A stretch of DNA of 64,000 nt, taken from contig OZ253475.1 of NCBI GenBank assembly GCA_965261845.1, positions 3,238,152 to 3,302,151 of the forward strand, written 5' to 3'. The position numbers and the translations under genes were made by a program. This DNA is from Candidatus Foliamicus sp. GTDB taxonomy: Bacteria > Pseudomonadota > Gammaproteobacteria > Steroidobacterales > Foliamicaceae. Of this stretch, positions 20,480 through 29,476 are shown in pieces (within the stretch, counting starts at the first letter, position 1; each line of letters opens with the position of its first letter). A model generated the notes under the pieces. The model was given only the letters and a program-made list of their open reading frames with translations. It did not search any database and was not told the origin of the DNA.

Positions 20480-22498
20480 TTGGCAGACAAAACCAAACGC
20501 CGGGCCCGGGTAGTTTTCACTCCGTCGGGACAGCGCGGCCAGTTTCCGCTCGGCACAACGGTGCTGCAAGCGGCCCAGGAGCTTGGCGTGGACATCGCCT
20601 CCATCTGCGGTGGCCGCGGACTCTGCGGGCGTTGCCGCGTAGTTTGCAGCGAAGGCGACTTTCCCAAGCACGGCATCGTTTCCAAGTCGGAGCACCTTTC
20701 GCCGTCCGGCGCCGTCGAGGCCCGCTATGCGGAACGCAACCTGCCGCTGGCGCCCGGCCACCGCTTGAGTTGCCAAGCCGGCATTCAGGGGGATCTGCTG
20801 ATCGACGTGCCGCCGGAAAGTCAGATTCACCGCCAGGTTGTGCGCAAGGCCGCCGACTCCCGGCCGATCCGCCTGGACCCGGTGGTCCGTCTCTACCTGG
20901 TGGAGGTGGCGCCCGCGGATATGCGGGGCTCGGGCAGCGACCTGACGCGCCTGCTCGACGCGTTGCAGGAGCAGTGGAGTCTGCGCCCGGCATTTCCGAG
21001 GGCGTTGCTGGCCCACCTGCAAGGCATATTGCGGGCCGGCAAGTGGACGGTCACGGTCGCCATCCACCAGGATTCGGAAATACTGGCCATCTGGCCAAGC
21101 TTCAAGCAATCCATCTACGGTCTGGCGATAGACGTTGGCTCAACCACTATAGCCGCCCATCTATGCGACCTGAACAGCGGCGACGTGCTTTGTTCGAACG
21201 GCATGATGAATCCCCAGATCCGCTTTGGCGAGGATCTGATGAGCCGGGTCTCCTACGTCATGATGCACCCGAAGGGCAGCGGTGAACTGACCAGGGAGGT
21301 GCGCAAAGCCGTCAATGAACTCGTGGCCACAACCGCATCGGAAGCCGGCGTGGATCCACAGGACATCCTCGGCCTCACGTTCGTGGGCAACCCGATCATG
21401 CATCATCTGCTGCTCGGCATCAGCCCGGTGGAACTGGGCGGGGCGCCGTTCGCGCTGGCGGTGGACGAGGCTGTCCAATTGGCAGCCCGCGACCTTGGTC
21501 TTGAGGTCAATCCGGGCGCCGTAGCCTATGTGCTGCCCTGTATCGCCGGACATGTGGGCGCCGATACCGCCGGCGTCTTGCTTTGCGAGCAACCCCACCG
21601 TAGCGGGGCAGTGAGTCTGCTGGTGGACATCGGTACCAATGCGGAAATCGTGCTTGGCAACGACCAGCGCTTGCTGGCCTGCTCAAGTCCCACCGGACCG
21701 GCCTTCGAGGGCGCCCAGGTCAGTGCCGGCCAGCGCGCTGCGCCCGGCGCCATAGAACGGGTACGTATCGATCCGGTCACCCTGGAGACCCGGATTCGCG
21801 TGATCGGCTCCGACATCTGGTCGGACCAGCCGGGTTTCAGCGACGCGCTGCCGGATCAGGGCGTCACCGGCATTTGCGGGTCCGGGATCATCGAAGCGGT
21901 GGCGGAGATGTGGCTGGCGGGCATCCTCACCAGCGACGGTGTGATCGACGGCGGGCAAGCGAGCCGCTCGCCTCGCCTGATTCGTGATGGCCGCACCTTC
22001 TCCTTCTCCATCCATGGAGAACGGGTCACGGTCACGCAGACCGATGTGCGCCAGATTCAACTCGCCAAGGCTGCCCTTTATGCCGGCATCAGGCTGCTGA
22101 TGGATCGGCTCGGGGTGACCTCGGTGGATCGAATACGCCTGGCCGGCGCCTTCGGCAGTCATATCGATGTGCGCTACGCCATGGCGCTGGGCATGATTCC
22201 GGACTGCCCGCTGGATGCGGTTTCCGCGGCCGGTAACGCGGCCGGGCACGGGGCCAGGATCGCCCTGCTGAACCGGGCCTCCCGGCGCGAGATCGAGTCC
22301 GTGGTCAAGCGCGTAGAGAAAGTGGAGACGGCCATCGAACCGAAATTCCAGGCTTACTTTGTCGATGCCATGGCGATACCGCATGGCACGGACGCTTTTG
22401 CGGGCCTGGCCGGCATCTTCCCCGATCGGGTCGCGCGCCCCGCTATGGCCGGACCGGAGCGGCCCGCCCGGCGCCGGGGCCGTCGCTCAAGACACTAG
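20480..22498 (+). CDS. ASKHA-domain reductive activator of corrinoid proteins (RACo/RamA-like) with N-terminal 2Fe-2S ferredoxin
   Basis: CGGRGLCGRC...RLSCQ; AIDVGSTT; NPQIRFGEDLMSR; VDIGTNAEI; GPAFEG; GICGSG; LAGAFG. TTG start at 20480 inferred. Confidence 0.92.
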   Translation: MADKTKRRARVVFTPSGQRGQFPLGTTVLQAAQELGVDIASICGGRGLCGRCRVVCSEGDFPKHGIVSKSEHLSPSGAVEARYAERNLPLAPGHRLSCQAGIQGDLLIDVPPESQIHRQVVRKAADSRPIRLDPVVRLYLVEVAPADMRGSGSDLTRLLDALQEQWSLRPAFPRALLAHLQGILRAGKWTVTVAIHQDSEILAIWPSFKQSIYGLAIDVGSTTIAAHLCDLNSGDVLCSNGMMNPQIRFGEDLMSRVSYVMMHPKGSGELTREVRKAVNELVATTASEAGVDPQDILGLTFVGNPIMHHLLLGISPVELGGAPFALAVDEAVQLAARDLGLEVNPGAVAYVLPCIAGHVGADTAGVLLCEQPHRSGAVSLLVDIGTNAEIVLGNDQRLLACSSPTGPAFEGAQVSAGQRAAPGAIERVRIDPVTLETRIRVIGSDIWSDQPGFSDALPDQGVTGICGSGIIEAVAEMWLAGILTSDGVIDGGQASRSPRLIRDGRTFSFSIHGERVTVTQTDVRQIQLAKAALYAGIRLLMDRLGVTSVDRIRLAGAFGSHIDVRYAMALGMIPDCPLDAVSAAGNAAGHGARIALLNRASRREIESVVKRVEKVETAIEPKFQAYFVDAMAIPHGTDAFAGLAGIFPDRVARPAMAGPERPARRRGRRSRH

Positions 22499-22563
22499 CT
22501 GCTTCGACATCTAAAGAGCTATGCTTTCAGCGTCTTTCAACTCGTTTTCCAGGGAGAGCAGCC

Positions 22564-24105
22564 ATGCCTCGACGAGCAGGTGGTAGAAGGGCGCGAGTGG
22601 CGGAGCGCGCAGCGCCCCTTGCCGAAGCGATCAAACCGGTTCGGCCGGGGCATACCGGAGGCCAATACCGGCCCTTGTCCGCTGCCGGCGTTGCGGCCAT
22701 CGCGGACAACGCCTTGAAGATTCTCGACCGAGTGGGATTCGCCGACGCCACCCCTCACTGCATCGAAACCTGCACGGCGGCCGGCGCCGTGCTCGGCGAG
22801 GACGGGCGCTTGCGCATGCCGGGAAGTCTGGTCGAGCGGACCCTTCAGCAAGCCCGGCGAAATCTGGTTCTGCACGGTCAGGATCCGCGCAGAGACCTGG
22901 ATTTGAGCGGCGCCAGAGTGCACTTCTCCACCGCCGGCGCGGCGGTCATGGTCGCTGACACGGAGCAAGGAGTCTATCGGGATTCCAAGGCGCAAGACCT
23001 GTACGACATGGCGCGTATCGCCGACAGCAGCGAGCACATTCACATGTTCCAGCGCACCTGCGTCCCTCGGGACATTGCCGACAACTATGCAATGGACATC
23101 AATACCCTCTACTGCTCGGTGATGGGCACCAGCAAGCACGTCGGTTCAAGTTGGACGCTACCCCAGCACGTGGAGAAGAGCCTTGAGATGCTGCATCTCA
23201 TCGCCGGCGGCGAGGCCGAGTGGCGGGCGCGTCCCTTCGTCAGTCAGTCCAACTGCTTTGTGGTCCCGCCGATGAAGTTCGCCACCGATGCGCTTGAGTG
23301 CCTGCGGGTAGCAGTGCAGGGCGGCATGCCGGTACTGCTGTTATCGGCGGGCCAGGCCGGCGCGACGACCCCCGCCTATCTGGCCGGGGCGGTTTCTCAA
23401 GCCTGGGCGGAGTGCCTCGGCGGGCTGGTCTATGTCAACGCGATCAAGCCCGGCGCACCGGCGATTCTCGGCTGCTGGCCGTTCGTTTCGGATCTGCGCA
23501 CCGGGGCGATGAGCGGCGGCTCCCCGGAGCAGGGCCTGCTGTCCGCCGCCTGCGCCCAGCTCGGCAACCATTTCAACCTTCCCTTCGGCACCGCCTGCGG
23601 CATGAGCGACGCCAAGTTTCCGGACTTTCAGGCCGGCGCGGAACGTGCTGCAACGGTGCTGTCCGCTGCCTTGTCCGGGGCGAACATCGTTTATGAATCG
23701 GCCGGCATGTACGCCAGCCTGTTGGGCACATGCCCGGAGAGCCTGTTGCTGGACAACGACATCCTTGGCGCCGTCGGGCGCGTTACGCGGGGGATCGAAG
23801 TCAACTCCGATACGCTGAGCTTCGCCGAGATCGAACAGATCTGCGCCAGCGGCGAAGGGCATTACCTGGGTTCGGGCAGCACCCTGCAGGTGATGCAAAG
23901 CGAGTACATTTATCCGGACTTCAGCGACCGCACCAGCCCGAACGTCTGGGAGGAACAAGGCAGGCCGGTGCTGCTGCATCGGGCCGTCGAAAAAACCCGG
24001 GAAATTCTCGCTCATCGGGCGCCGCGTCACGTCAGCGACGAAATCGACGCCCGCGTGCGGTCCGAGTTCCCGATCTTTCTCTCCCGGGCAGCCATGGGGC
24101 GATGA
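22564..24105 (+). CDS. Trimethylamine methyltransferase (MttB) superfamily, non-pyrrolysine, glycine betaine methyltransferase (MtgB)-like
   Basis: YRPLS, DLRTGAMSGGSPE, CGMSDAKFPDFQAGAE, GANIVYESAG, LLDND; uninterrupted 513-aa ORF. Confidence 0.92.
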   Translation: MPRRAGGRRARVAERAAPLAEAIKPVRPGHTGGQYRPLSAAGVAAIADNALKILDRVGFADATPHCIETCTAAGAVLGEDGRLRMPGSLVERTLQQARRNLVLHGQDPRRDLDLSGARVHFSTAGAAVMVADTEQGVYRDSKAQDLYDMARIADSSEHIHMFQRTCVPRDIADNYAMDINTLYCSVMGTSKHVGSSWTLPQHVEKSLEMLHLIAGGEAEWRARPFVSQSNCFVVPPMKFATDALECLRVAVQGGMPVLLLSAGQAGATTPAYLAGAVSQAWAECLGGLVYVNAIKPGAPAILGCWPFVSDLRTGAMSGGSPEQGLLSAACAQLGNHFNLPFGTACGMSDAKFPDFQAGAERAATVLSAALSGANIVYESAGMYASLLGTCPESLLLDNDILGAVGRVTRGIEVNSDTLSFAEIEQICASGEGHYLGSGSTLQVMQSEYIYPDFSDRTSPNVWEEQGRPVLLHRAVEKTREILAHRAPRHVSDEIDARVRSEFPIFLSRAAMGR

Positions 24106-24187
24106 CCGGCGGCGGTATGGATGCCAATAGCACTCTCGCAAGCGCATCGGGCGCATCGGAGTAGAACTGGATATTGACGCGAGTTGC

Positions 24188-24519
24188 CATGCGGTAGTGC
24201 AGTGCGTCGACGAAAGAAGCCGGATCCAGGCGCTTGAATGCACTCAGCCCACGCTGCCGATGGGACTGGGCTGCGTCGAAGGCGTCACCCACGACTACCT
24301 CCGGCATGGAGCCGCCACCTTGTTCGCGGCCTTGAACGTCGCCAGCGGGCCAACCGCCGCGGCTCCTTCTCCTCGGTCAAGCAACTTACCGGCAAAATCG
24401 ACCGCTTCATCAACGATTACAACTCCAAGATCCACCCCTTCGTCTGGACCGCCACCGCTGATTCCATCCTCGCTAAAGTGGACAGATTAAGTAAACTTAT
24501 TTGCGGGACAGCACACTAG
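24188..24519 (+). pseudogene. Internally deleted IS630-family transposase relic with right terminal repeat
   Basis: Frame 1 reads HAVVQCVDERSRIQALECTQPTLPMGLG...THDYLRHGAATLFAALNVASG. It switches frame at about 24350 to RGSFSSVKQL...PFVWTATADSILAK...ICGTAH*, ending in GGGACAGCACAC-TA-G. Confidence 0.9.
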
Positions 24520-24555
24520 TTTGTCGGTGAATATCATGTCCTACTCTAAATTCCT

Positions 24556-25707
24556 TTAATCGTCTGGTTCATCGGAGTCATCCAGTTGGGCCAAACGTCT
24601 GAGGAACGCTGTTTTGCTGTGGTGCCGGGCGCGGAGCGCGTTCACGCGTTCGGAAAAGTCAACCAGATCGCCGTCTTCCTCCGCCAGGTCCCGAAGGTCG
24701 AAAATCAACCTCGCCGCGCGGTCATAGCTGGTGTGGACGCGCTTGTCGATCTCGGCCTCGATTTCCCGCCACACGCTTGGTCCGCGCCGCCTCAGGTAGT
24801 CGAGAAGAGCCCGGCGCAATTGTTCGTCCCGGCGCTTCTGCTCTAGCCGTTCCTCCTCCCGGCGTTTGGCTTCGGCGGCTTCTCGCGCCTTGCCGATCTC
24901 CTCCGCGCGCGCAAGCAATTCAGCCACCGCGCGGCGCTCCGGCCGCGCTTTCGCGGACACGGCGTCTCTCACCCGCTTTTGAACTTCCGCCACTACGTGA
25001 GGATCGCCTTCGGCGAGCCGCTGGAGCAGCAATGCCTTTTCGGTTTCGGGAATCGCCGTGACGGTGGCGCGGACGGCTTTGGGCGACGGTTGCCCTGCTG
25101 CGGAATTGGCCGGCGTTGCAGCGGCTGCTTCGACAAGATCGGCGCCCAGCTCCAGGAACTCGGCCAACGCTTCGAGCCCGCCGGACAGCGGGCCGATACC
25201 CGGAAGCGGTTCCTTTTCGTCGTCCGGCACGCGCCCGGTCTCTACTCCCCAGAGCCAAAGCATGTAGGCCATCCGCATGTCGCCCGCCAGTAATTCACCT
25301 CGCAGCGGCGCCAGAGCCGCCATCCACCCGGCGCCGTCGTCCCAGTCCTCATACTCTGTTGGCTCGATTTCGCAAAATACGTCAAGAATCAGGTTTTCTT
25401 CCGAGTCGATAATGTCCGCAATCCCGGAACCGCGCAGGACACTTTCAAGCCGGCCGCGGCCGATCAGCCGTTTCGGGATGCGGATCATCAGTCTGCGCCC
25501 GCTCCCGTAGCCCACGTAAACGTGCGCGTCGAACCAGCGCCGCATGAGTTCATTGGGGTCGCCCTTGAAGTCGCCCCAATCATAGTGAACGGTCAGGCTC
25601 GTGCGCGTGATTCGCGCCCGCGTCGAGAGTTTCCCAAGCGCCTTCCTGTCCGCCTCGTCAAGCGGGCGGTCGATCGCCTGAAATTCGTAGTATTGGTATT
25701 CGTCCAA
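24556..25707 (-). CDS. Conserved hypothetical protein (EYQYYEF-AIDRPL N-terminus, charged coiled-coil, basic C-terminus)
   Basis: 383-aa ORF with normal codon use; TTG start with GGGGGA upstream. Confidence 0.8.
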   Translation of the reverse strand: MDEYQYYEFQAIDRPLDEADRKALGKLSTRARITRTSLTVHYDWGDFKGDPNELMRRWFDAHVYVGYGSGRRLMIRIPKRLIGRGRLESVLRGSGIADIIDSEENLILDVFCEIEPTEYEDWDDGAGWMAALAPLRGELLAGDMRMAYMLWLWGVETGRVPDDEKEPLPGIGPLSGGLEALAEFLELGADLVEAAAATPANSAAGQPSPKAVRATVTAIPETEKALLLQRLAEGDPHVVAEVQKRVRDAVSAKARPERRAVAELLARAEEIGKAREAAEAKRREEERLEQKRRDEQLRRALLDYLRRRGPSVWREIEAEIDKRVHTSYDRAARLIFDLRDLAEEDGDLVDFSERVNALRARHHSKTAFLRRLAQLDDSDEPDD

Positions 25708-25936
25708 CGGCTTGTTTCCCCCATGATCGGCCCCCGCAGGACACGGCCATTCGCTATCCTGCGGTTGCTTTGACCTGCGTATGGCGCCGGCTGGCCGCTA
25801 CTGAAGTTCGGGTGACAACCGCCGTTCGCCGCGCGCAGGCCCTCGAATTGCGAGTGATCTTGCCACCCATGGGGCCGGGCTCGAGCAAGAAACGCGGAGC
25901 CGCTTGCTGTTTTCGCAAGGGCGGGGAGGGTGGCGG

Positions 25937-25983
25937 TTGACAAATTGCTGTCGATGTGACTATGGTCGTGACCATAGTATGAT
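25937..25983 (+). promoter_or_regulatory. Sigma70-like promoter with overlapping operator palindrome for the toxin-antitoxin operon
   Basis: TTGACA 25937-25942, 18 bp, TATGGT. Perfect 9-bp inverted repeat ACTATGGTC-GT-GACCATAGT at 25959-25978. Confidence 0.7.
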
Positions 25984-26053
25984 TGGCGGCGTCTGAGCGA
26001 ACCGGGACAGGGTAATGGACACACGTACGCATAAGCCGGCTGGCGGGCCCAGG

Positions 26054-26299
26054 ATGATCAAGGCATCCGAGTTCAAGGCCAAGTGCCTCAAACTTATGGA
26101 CGAAGTGGCCGAGAGCGGCGAAGAGATCGTCATCACCAAGAACGGGCGGCCCGTTTCACGGTTGACGCCCTATCGCGGCCAGCCTCAGCTGACCTTCGGG
26201 CGCAACCGCGACAATATCCGCACCCTCGGCGACATCGTTGAGCCGATGCCCGCGGAATGGTTTGAGGATAGCGGCGATTCCGGGGAGAATCTGTTTTGA
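26054..26299 (+). CDS. Phd/YefM-family antitoxin
   Basis: IKASEFKAKCLKLMDEV...IVITKNGRPV. Alternative start 26015. Confidence 0.92.
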   Translation: MIKASEFKAKCLKLMDEVAESGEEIVITKNGRPVSRLTPYRGQPQLTFGRNRDNIRTLGDIVEPMPAEWFEDSGDSGENLF

Positions 26300-26694
26300 T
26301 GCTTCTGGACACGCATGTTCTGCTGTGGCATGAGCAAGGCGACAGGAGGTTGGGGCCGGAGACTCGCCGTGCCGTCGAACGCGCGCTTCCGGAGAGCGGG
26401 CTTGCGATTTCGGCCATATCGTTTTGGGAAATCGGCATGCGAATCCAGAAAGGCCAGCTGGAGTTCCTCCTTGACCTGGACGCCTGGCGCCGCGAACTTT
26501 TGGATCAGGGATTGGTCGAGATCCCCGCCGATGGCGTGATTGCGGCCCGCGCCGGCCTTCTCGCTGACATGCATGGCGACCCTGCCGACCGCCTGATCGT
26601 CGCCACCGCTTTACAAGGGCGCCGGCTGGTTACGGCGGACCGGCGCATTCTGGAATGGCCCGGTCGGTTAAGCCGCTTGAATGCTACCGAGTGA
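26299..26694 (+). CDS. vapC: PIN-domain (VapC) toxin
   Basis: LLDTHVLLW, SAISFWEI, HGDPADRLIVATA, LVTAD; TGATG overlap with the antitoxin. Confidence 0.92.
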   Translation: MLLDTHVLLWHEQGDRRLGPETRRAVERALPESGLAISAISFWEIGMRIQKGQLEFLLDLDAWRRELLDQGLVEIPADGVIAARAGLLADMHGDPADRLIVATALQGRRLVTADRRILEWPGRLSRLNATE

Positions 26695-26741
26695 GCGCCC
26701 GCGAACGGCGGCCACTTCGTAAAACCTATCCCGTAGCGGGC

Positions 26742-27953
26742 TTACCAGTGCCAGAGGGTTCCGTCTTCGAGGCGGTTGACGGGTAGCGAGGCGGGACGGT
26801 AGGGGTACTTGGCGGCCAGTTTCTCGTTGATGTCCACGCCATGGCCGGGAGTTTCGCCGGGGTGCAGGTAGCCTTCATTGAAGCGCCACGCGCGCGGGAA
26901 CACGGCGTCGGTTTCTTCGCTGTGGCGCATGTACTCCTGAATGCCGAAGTTTGAAACGGACAGGTCGAAGTGGAGCGCGGCGCCCATGCTTACAGGCGAG
27001 AGATCGGTGGCGCCGTGGCAGCCGGTGCGGACCTGGTAGAGGGCTGCCAGCGCGGCGATCTGGCGCAGGTGGGTGATGCCGCCGGCGTGGGTGACGGTGC
27101 AGCGGATGTAGTCGATTAGCTGATTCTGGATCAGGTCCTTGCAGTCCCAGATGGAGTTGAAGACTTCGCCCACGGCCAGCGGCGTGGTGGTGTGGGTGCG
27201 GATCAGCTTGAAGGATTGCTGGTTTTCTGCCGGCGTGGGGTCCTCCATCCAGAACAGCGCGTGCGGCTCCAGCGCCTTGCCCAGGCGTCCGGCCTCGATC
27301 GGCGTGAGGCGATGATGCACATCGTGCAGCAGGTGGGGCGTAAATCCGTATTGTTCGCGCAGCGTGGCGAACAACTCAGGCACGGAGTTCAGGTATTTCT
27401 CCGACGACCAGGTGTTTTCCTCCGGCAGCGCGGACGACGCCGGTTCGTAGTACATCTTGTCCTTGCTCACGCCGTAGGTTCCGGCCAGTCCCGGAACGCC
27501 GCACTGGGCGCGCACGGCCTTGTAGCCGAGTTCCAGGTAGCGGCCCACCTCATCCACGGTGGCGGATACATCGGCGCCGTTGGCATGCCCGTAACACAGC
27601 ACCGCTTCGCGGCTCTGCCCGCCCAGCAACTGGTACAAAGGCATACCGGCGGCCTTGGCCTTGATGTCCCACAAGGCGGTGTCCACGGCGCCGATCGCGG
27701 TCATGGTCACCGGTCCGCGCCGCCAGTAGGCCCCGCGGTACAGGTACTGCCAGGTGTCCTCGATACGGTGCGCATCGCGCCCGACCAAGGTCGGGATCAG
27801 GTGATCGGTCAGATAGCTCGCCACGGCCAGTTCGCGCCCGTTCAGCGTGGCGTCGCCTACGCCGTGCAGGCCGTCGTCGGTCATGATCTTGAGCGTTACG
27901 AAGTTGCGCCCCGGGCTGGACACGATCACGCGTGCTTCGGTGATGCGGGACAT
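26742..27953 (-). CDS. manD: D-mannonate dehydratase (ManD/RspA, enolase superfamily)
   Basis: [74 protein letters not shown]. Confidence 0.93.
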   Translation of the reverse strand: MSRITEARVIVSSPGRNFVTLKIMTDDGLHGVGDATLNGRELAVASYLTDHLIPTLVGRDAHRIEDTWQYLYRGAYWRRGPVTMTAIGAVDTALWDIKAKAAGMPLYQLLGGQSREAVLCYGHANGADVSATVDEVGRYLELGYKAVRAQCGVPGLAGTYGVSKDKMYYEPASSALPEENTWSSEKYLNSVPELFATLREQYGFTPHLLHDVHHRLTPIEAGRLGKALEPHALFWMEDPTPAENQQSFKLIRTHTTTPLAVGEVFNSIWDCKDLIQNQLIDYIRCTVTHAGGITHLRQIAALAALYQVRTGCHGATDLSPVSMGAALHFDLSVSNFGIQEYMRHSEETDAVFPRAWRFNEGYLHPGETPGHGVDINEKLAAKYPYRPASLPVNRLEDGTLWHW

Positions 27954-29443
27954 CAGTCCATCCTCGCCATGATCGACTTGGTTTCCATGTAGATCTGCAG
28001 GCCTTCCAGTCCGTGCTCGCGGCCCCAGCCGGATTGCTTGTAGCCGCCGATGGGCATGGCCAGTTCGGGGATGCCGTGCGAGTTGATCCAGACGATGCCG
28101 GACTCGAGGCGTTCCGCTACTTCATGGCCTCGCGCCAGGTCGCGGGTCCAGACGCTGGCGGCCAGTCCGTAGCGGCTGCGGTTGGCGTGGCGAACGGCTT
28201 CATCGCAGGTGTCGAAAGGCGCTACGGTCACCACCGGCCCGAAGATCTCCTCTAGGGTGATGCGCATGTCTTCGCCGGCCCCGGCAAACACCGTCGGCGC
28301 ATAGAAATATCCGTCCCCGCCAATCGGTTCTCCGCCTGTCACGAGTCGCGCGCCCTCGCTCACGCCCGATTGCACCAGTTCATCCACCGATTCGCGGTGC
28401 GAAGCGCTGATGAGCGGTCCCATTTGCGAATCCGGATCGAGTCCGGAGCCCAGCCTGAGTCCGCGAGCGGCCTCCACCAAGCCATCCAGCACTTCCTGGT
28501 AGACAGCCCGTTGGGCATACACTCGCGATCCCGCGACGCACACCTGGCCGGCGTTTGCGAATATGGCGTCGGCTGCGCCGGCAATCGCGCGCGGCAAGTC
28601 GGCATCAGCGAAGATCAACACCGGCGACTTCCCGCCCAGCTCCAGGGACAGGCGCTTCAAGTTCCCGCGTGCGTCCGCCAGCAGTTGCTTGCCGACTTCG
28701 GTGGAACCGGTGAAGGCCACCTTGTTTACATCGGGGTGAAGCGCCAGCTGACGGCCCAGCTTCCCGCCCGAACCGGCCAGTACGCTTACCACCCCTGCGG
28801 GTACGCCCGCTTCCAGCAATAGTCTGCCCAGATAAAGCGCCGTAAGCGGCGTAAGCCCCGCGGGCTTGAGTACGCAGCTGCAACCGGCCGCCAGCGCCGG
28901 CGCCAGTTTCCAGGCGGCCATCACCAGCGGGCCGTTCCAGGGCACGATCTGCGCCACCACGCCCACGGGCTCGTGCCGAATCAGACCCTGGAAACGCTGG
29001 CCCGGCACGGACGGATCAAAGGTCGCGCCCGGAAGCTTGGTGCACCAGCCGGCGTAATAGCGGAACGTTTCGGCCGTGTGCGCCACTTCGCCGTGGAGAG
29101 CGGCGGCGTATAGCTTGCCCCCGTTGAGCGTTTCCAACTCGGCCAATATCCGTGCGTCGCGTTCGATCAGCTCCGCCACTCGCAGCAGCACGCGCTGCCT
29201 CTGCGCGGGGGTTTGCCCGTTCCAGCGCTGGTCGTTGAAGGAGGCCCGCGCAGCTTTCAGGGCGTCGTCCACTTGCCCCGACGCCGCGGGCGCAACCCCT
29301 GCAATGACCTTGCCGTTGGCGGGATTGATGATGTGTGCTGCTTCGCCGCCTTCACCTCGCGACCAGTGTTCGCCCACCAGCACATGCTGTTCGCCGGCAA
29401 GAAATTCTTGCGTGGCTTGTGAAATCTTGTGGCTGGAACTCAT
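27953..29443 (-). CDS. NAD-dependent aldehyde dehydrogenase (aromatic/phenylacetaldehyde-like)
   Basis: [49 protein letters not shown]. Confidence 0.92.
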   Translation of the reverse strand: MSSSHKISQATQEFLAGEQHVLVGEHWSRGEGGEAAHIINPANGKVIAGVAPAASGQVDDALKAARASFNDQRWNGQTPAQRQRVLLRVAELIERDARILAELETLNGGKLYAAALHGEVAHTAETFRYYAGWCTKLPGATFDPSVPGQRFQGLIRHEPVGVVAQIVPWNGPLVMAAWKLAPALAAGCSCVLKPAGLTPLTALYLGRLLLEAGVPAGVVSVLAGSGGKLGRQLALHPDVNKVAFTGSTEVGKQLLADARGNLKRLSLELGGKSPVLIFADADLPRAIAGAADAIFANAGQVCVAGSRVYAQRAVYQEVLDGLVEAARGLRLGSGLDPDSQMGPLISASHRESVDELVQSGVSEGARLVTGGEPIGGDGYFYAPTVFAGAGEDMRITLEEIFGPVVTVAPFDTCDEAVRHANRSRYGLAASVWTRDLARGHEVAERLESGIVWINSHGIPELAMPIGGYKQSGWGREHGLEGLQIYMETKSIMARMD

Positions 29444-29476
29444 GTCCAAAGTAACGGGCGCGGACTCAAACCGGAA

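Noticed and set aside
22564-24105. Pyrrolysine recoding in the MttB homologue
   Set aside because: The ORF has no in-frame TAG, the equivalent codon is ATG, and there are no pyl genes in the window.
25593-26032. Minus-strand ORFs between the hypothetical gene and the antitoxin
   Set aside because: They overlap the promoter/operator and real genes and show no recognisable protein features.
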